This document shows positions 62,601-64,000 of a stretch of DNA of 64,000 nucleotides, piece after piece; position 1 is the stretch's first letter, and every line of letters begins with the position of its first letter. Under the pieces are notes generated by a model. It worked only from the letters and a program-made list of their open reading frames with translations, made no database searches and was not told where the DNA came from. The DNA lies in the NCBI GenBank assembly GCA_963674595.2, contig CAXXFV010000008.1:96001-160000 (forward strand), written 5' to 3'. Source of the stretch: a bacterium (lineage in GTDB: Bacteria; Zhuqueibacterota; Zhuqueibacteria; Residuimicrobiales; Krinioviventaceae). The translations under genes and the position numbers were made by a program.

Positions 62601-63999
62601 AGTTTGCAGGATTTTTTTCTCTTCATTTGCTTCTTTTGGTAATTTTGATACATCTTTAACATCTATTATTTCATTGTTTTCTAATTTTGTCATCCACCAG
62701 GGGAACAAATTACAGGGAATATTTTGCAGGTTTTGTATTTGAGGTTCAACTCCTTTATTACACCATTCATGTGTATTATCCATATATTTTTTATCATGTT
62801 GAAATTGAAATAAATAACCCCGATCAGCCTGTATAAATGTTGTCATATCACGTAAAGATTGGCTAATCGCTTTATCTATGTTAAATACACCAACAAATCG
62901 GGTTGATGTTTTAGATAAAACAGCTTCTATTTCCAGTCTGTGTTGCAGCGTTTTTTCGTTTTGAATGCGTTCGGTAATGTCTCTTCCGACAGATTGAAAT
63001 TCCAACAACTGTCCATTTTTATCAAGGATAGGCGAATCTATCCAGCTATGCCATCGGGTATTCCCTCGGGAATCAATTATTTGGTGTTCATATTTATTAA
63101 GTGCCGGGTTTTGTGTGAGTTTTTTATAAATTTTAGTTAATGATTTTTTTTTCATTATCGGGAATGAATTGCAGCCATTTTTGCCCTATAATATCTTGTG
63201 CTTTTACTCCAAACATTTCACAATAAGCGTCGTTAACGAATGTCAATGTTGTGTCGGGTAACCACCGGCACACTGCTTCCGGCAGAGAGTCAACCATTGT
63301 TCGATAGCGTCTTTCACTCTGGCGTAATTCATCTTCTGCCTGAGCCCTGGAAATAATGTTACCCAATTGTGATGCCGTAATCTCTAATATTTCACGAGTC
63401 TCCTTTGGTATTTCTTGTATTGTATAAGAACCCAGGTTAACACTGGCAATCAAATCATTATGATAAAAAATCGGGAATAATACAGCAGCGGATAATTCCA
63501 TCAACGATTTAATTTTTGTTTTTTGTAATTCTTTATTGTTCAGATAAAATGGTTTTCCCTTTTCTAATTTGTTTACATGAGCTATTTTATTGTCAAAGTG
63601 TATAATATTTGAAAGAAATTGTTCCGTACAATTTATTGATCTTTCTAATGACATTCTCTTTGACATCTTATCATAGAGATATACTGCTCCGTTATCCATT
63701 TGTCCGATTATTAATAATTGATTCAAACAATAATCAAGCGTGTCGTTTAACCCGTGAATACGAGTCAATCCTGCCATAAATTCATGTTGAGCAAGTAATA
63801 ACTCCTCTGCCTGTTTTTGTAAGGTAATATCATTTAGGATCAGTAATTGAGATTTTATATTATTTATCGTTACGGCAATTGCATTTATTTGCACATCTAT
63901 TATTTTTTTGTCAGGTTTTATAATTTTTAGTAAAAGGTTTTTAGGTTTTTTATTTAGTTGAAAAGATTTATCAAATTTGGCTGTAAACAGTTTTTCATA
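59691..63999 (-). CDS. Very large multi-PAS/GAF NtrB-type histidine kinase, 5'-partial, split by an extra A in the A9 run at 63144-63152
   Basis: Frame is open from 63999 to the run; one PAS domain spans the break (QKWLQFIPDNEKK|SLTKIYKKLTQ...VGRDITE); H-box GVSHEINQPL; DPFFTTK; GMGLGL; stop overlaps the ntrC-like ATG. Confidence 0.88.
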
Positions 64000-64000
64000 A

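Noticed and set aside
1-64000. CRISPR arrays, tRNA/rRNA genes, transposases, integrases, prophage or defence genes
   Set aside because: No regularly spaced repeats, cloverleaf or rRNA signatures, or recognisable mobile or defence proteins seen by eye

Overview
AT-rich bacterial chromosomal window, most consistent with an FCB-superphylum organism such as KSB1/Calditrichota (inferred from a PorV-like barrel and a T9SS-type C-terminal sorting domain). Positions 1-19.9 kb are mostly housekeeping: a two-component pair, OPT transporter/PqqD-like/M29 peptidase, ecfT-truA-htrA-purB-purC-like-psd-pssA, two tatA (one missed by the ORF track), gatAB, efp, accBC, gcvH and gcvPA. Positions 20.2-29.2 kb hold an outer-membrane locus: porV-like, an M6-like protease that has lost its zinc ligands and carries a T9SS-type CTD, a metallopeptidase/beta-propeller/Omp85-barrel fusion, and two paralogous secreted proteins. 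This is the best candidate for an undescribed system. Positions 32.8-45.4 kb hold a sugar/glycosaminoglycan-type cluster (SSS symporter, NagA-like deacetylase, three heparinase II/III-family proteins). Positions 45.5-64 kb are a minus-strand signalling island with HisKA_2 kinases, two MCPs with near-identical signalling domains, a porin, CheW, a sigma-54 promoter, an NtrC-type activator and a very large PAS/GAF kinase. Three genes are split at homopolymer runs, probably by sequencing errors. I found no rRNA, tRNA, CRISPR array or mobile element. All family assignments come from motif recognition by eye; no database searches were run.
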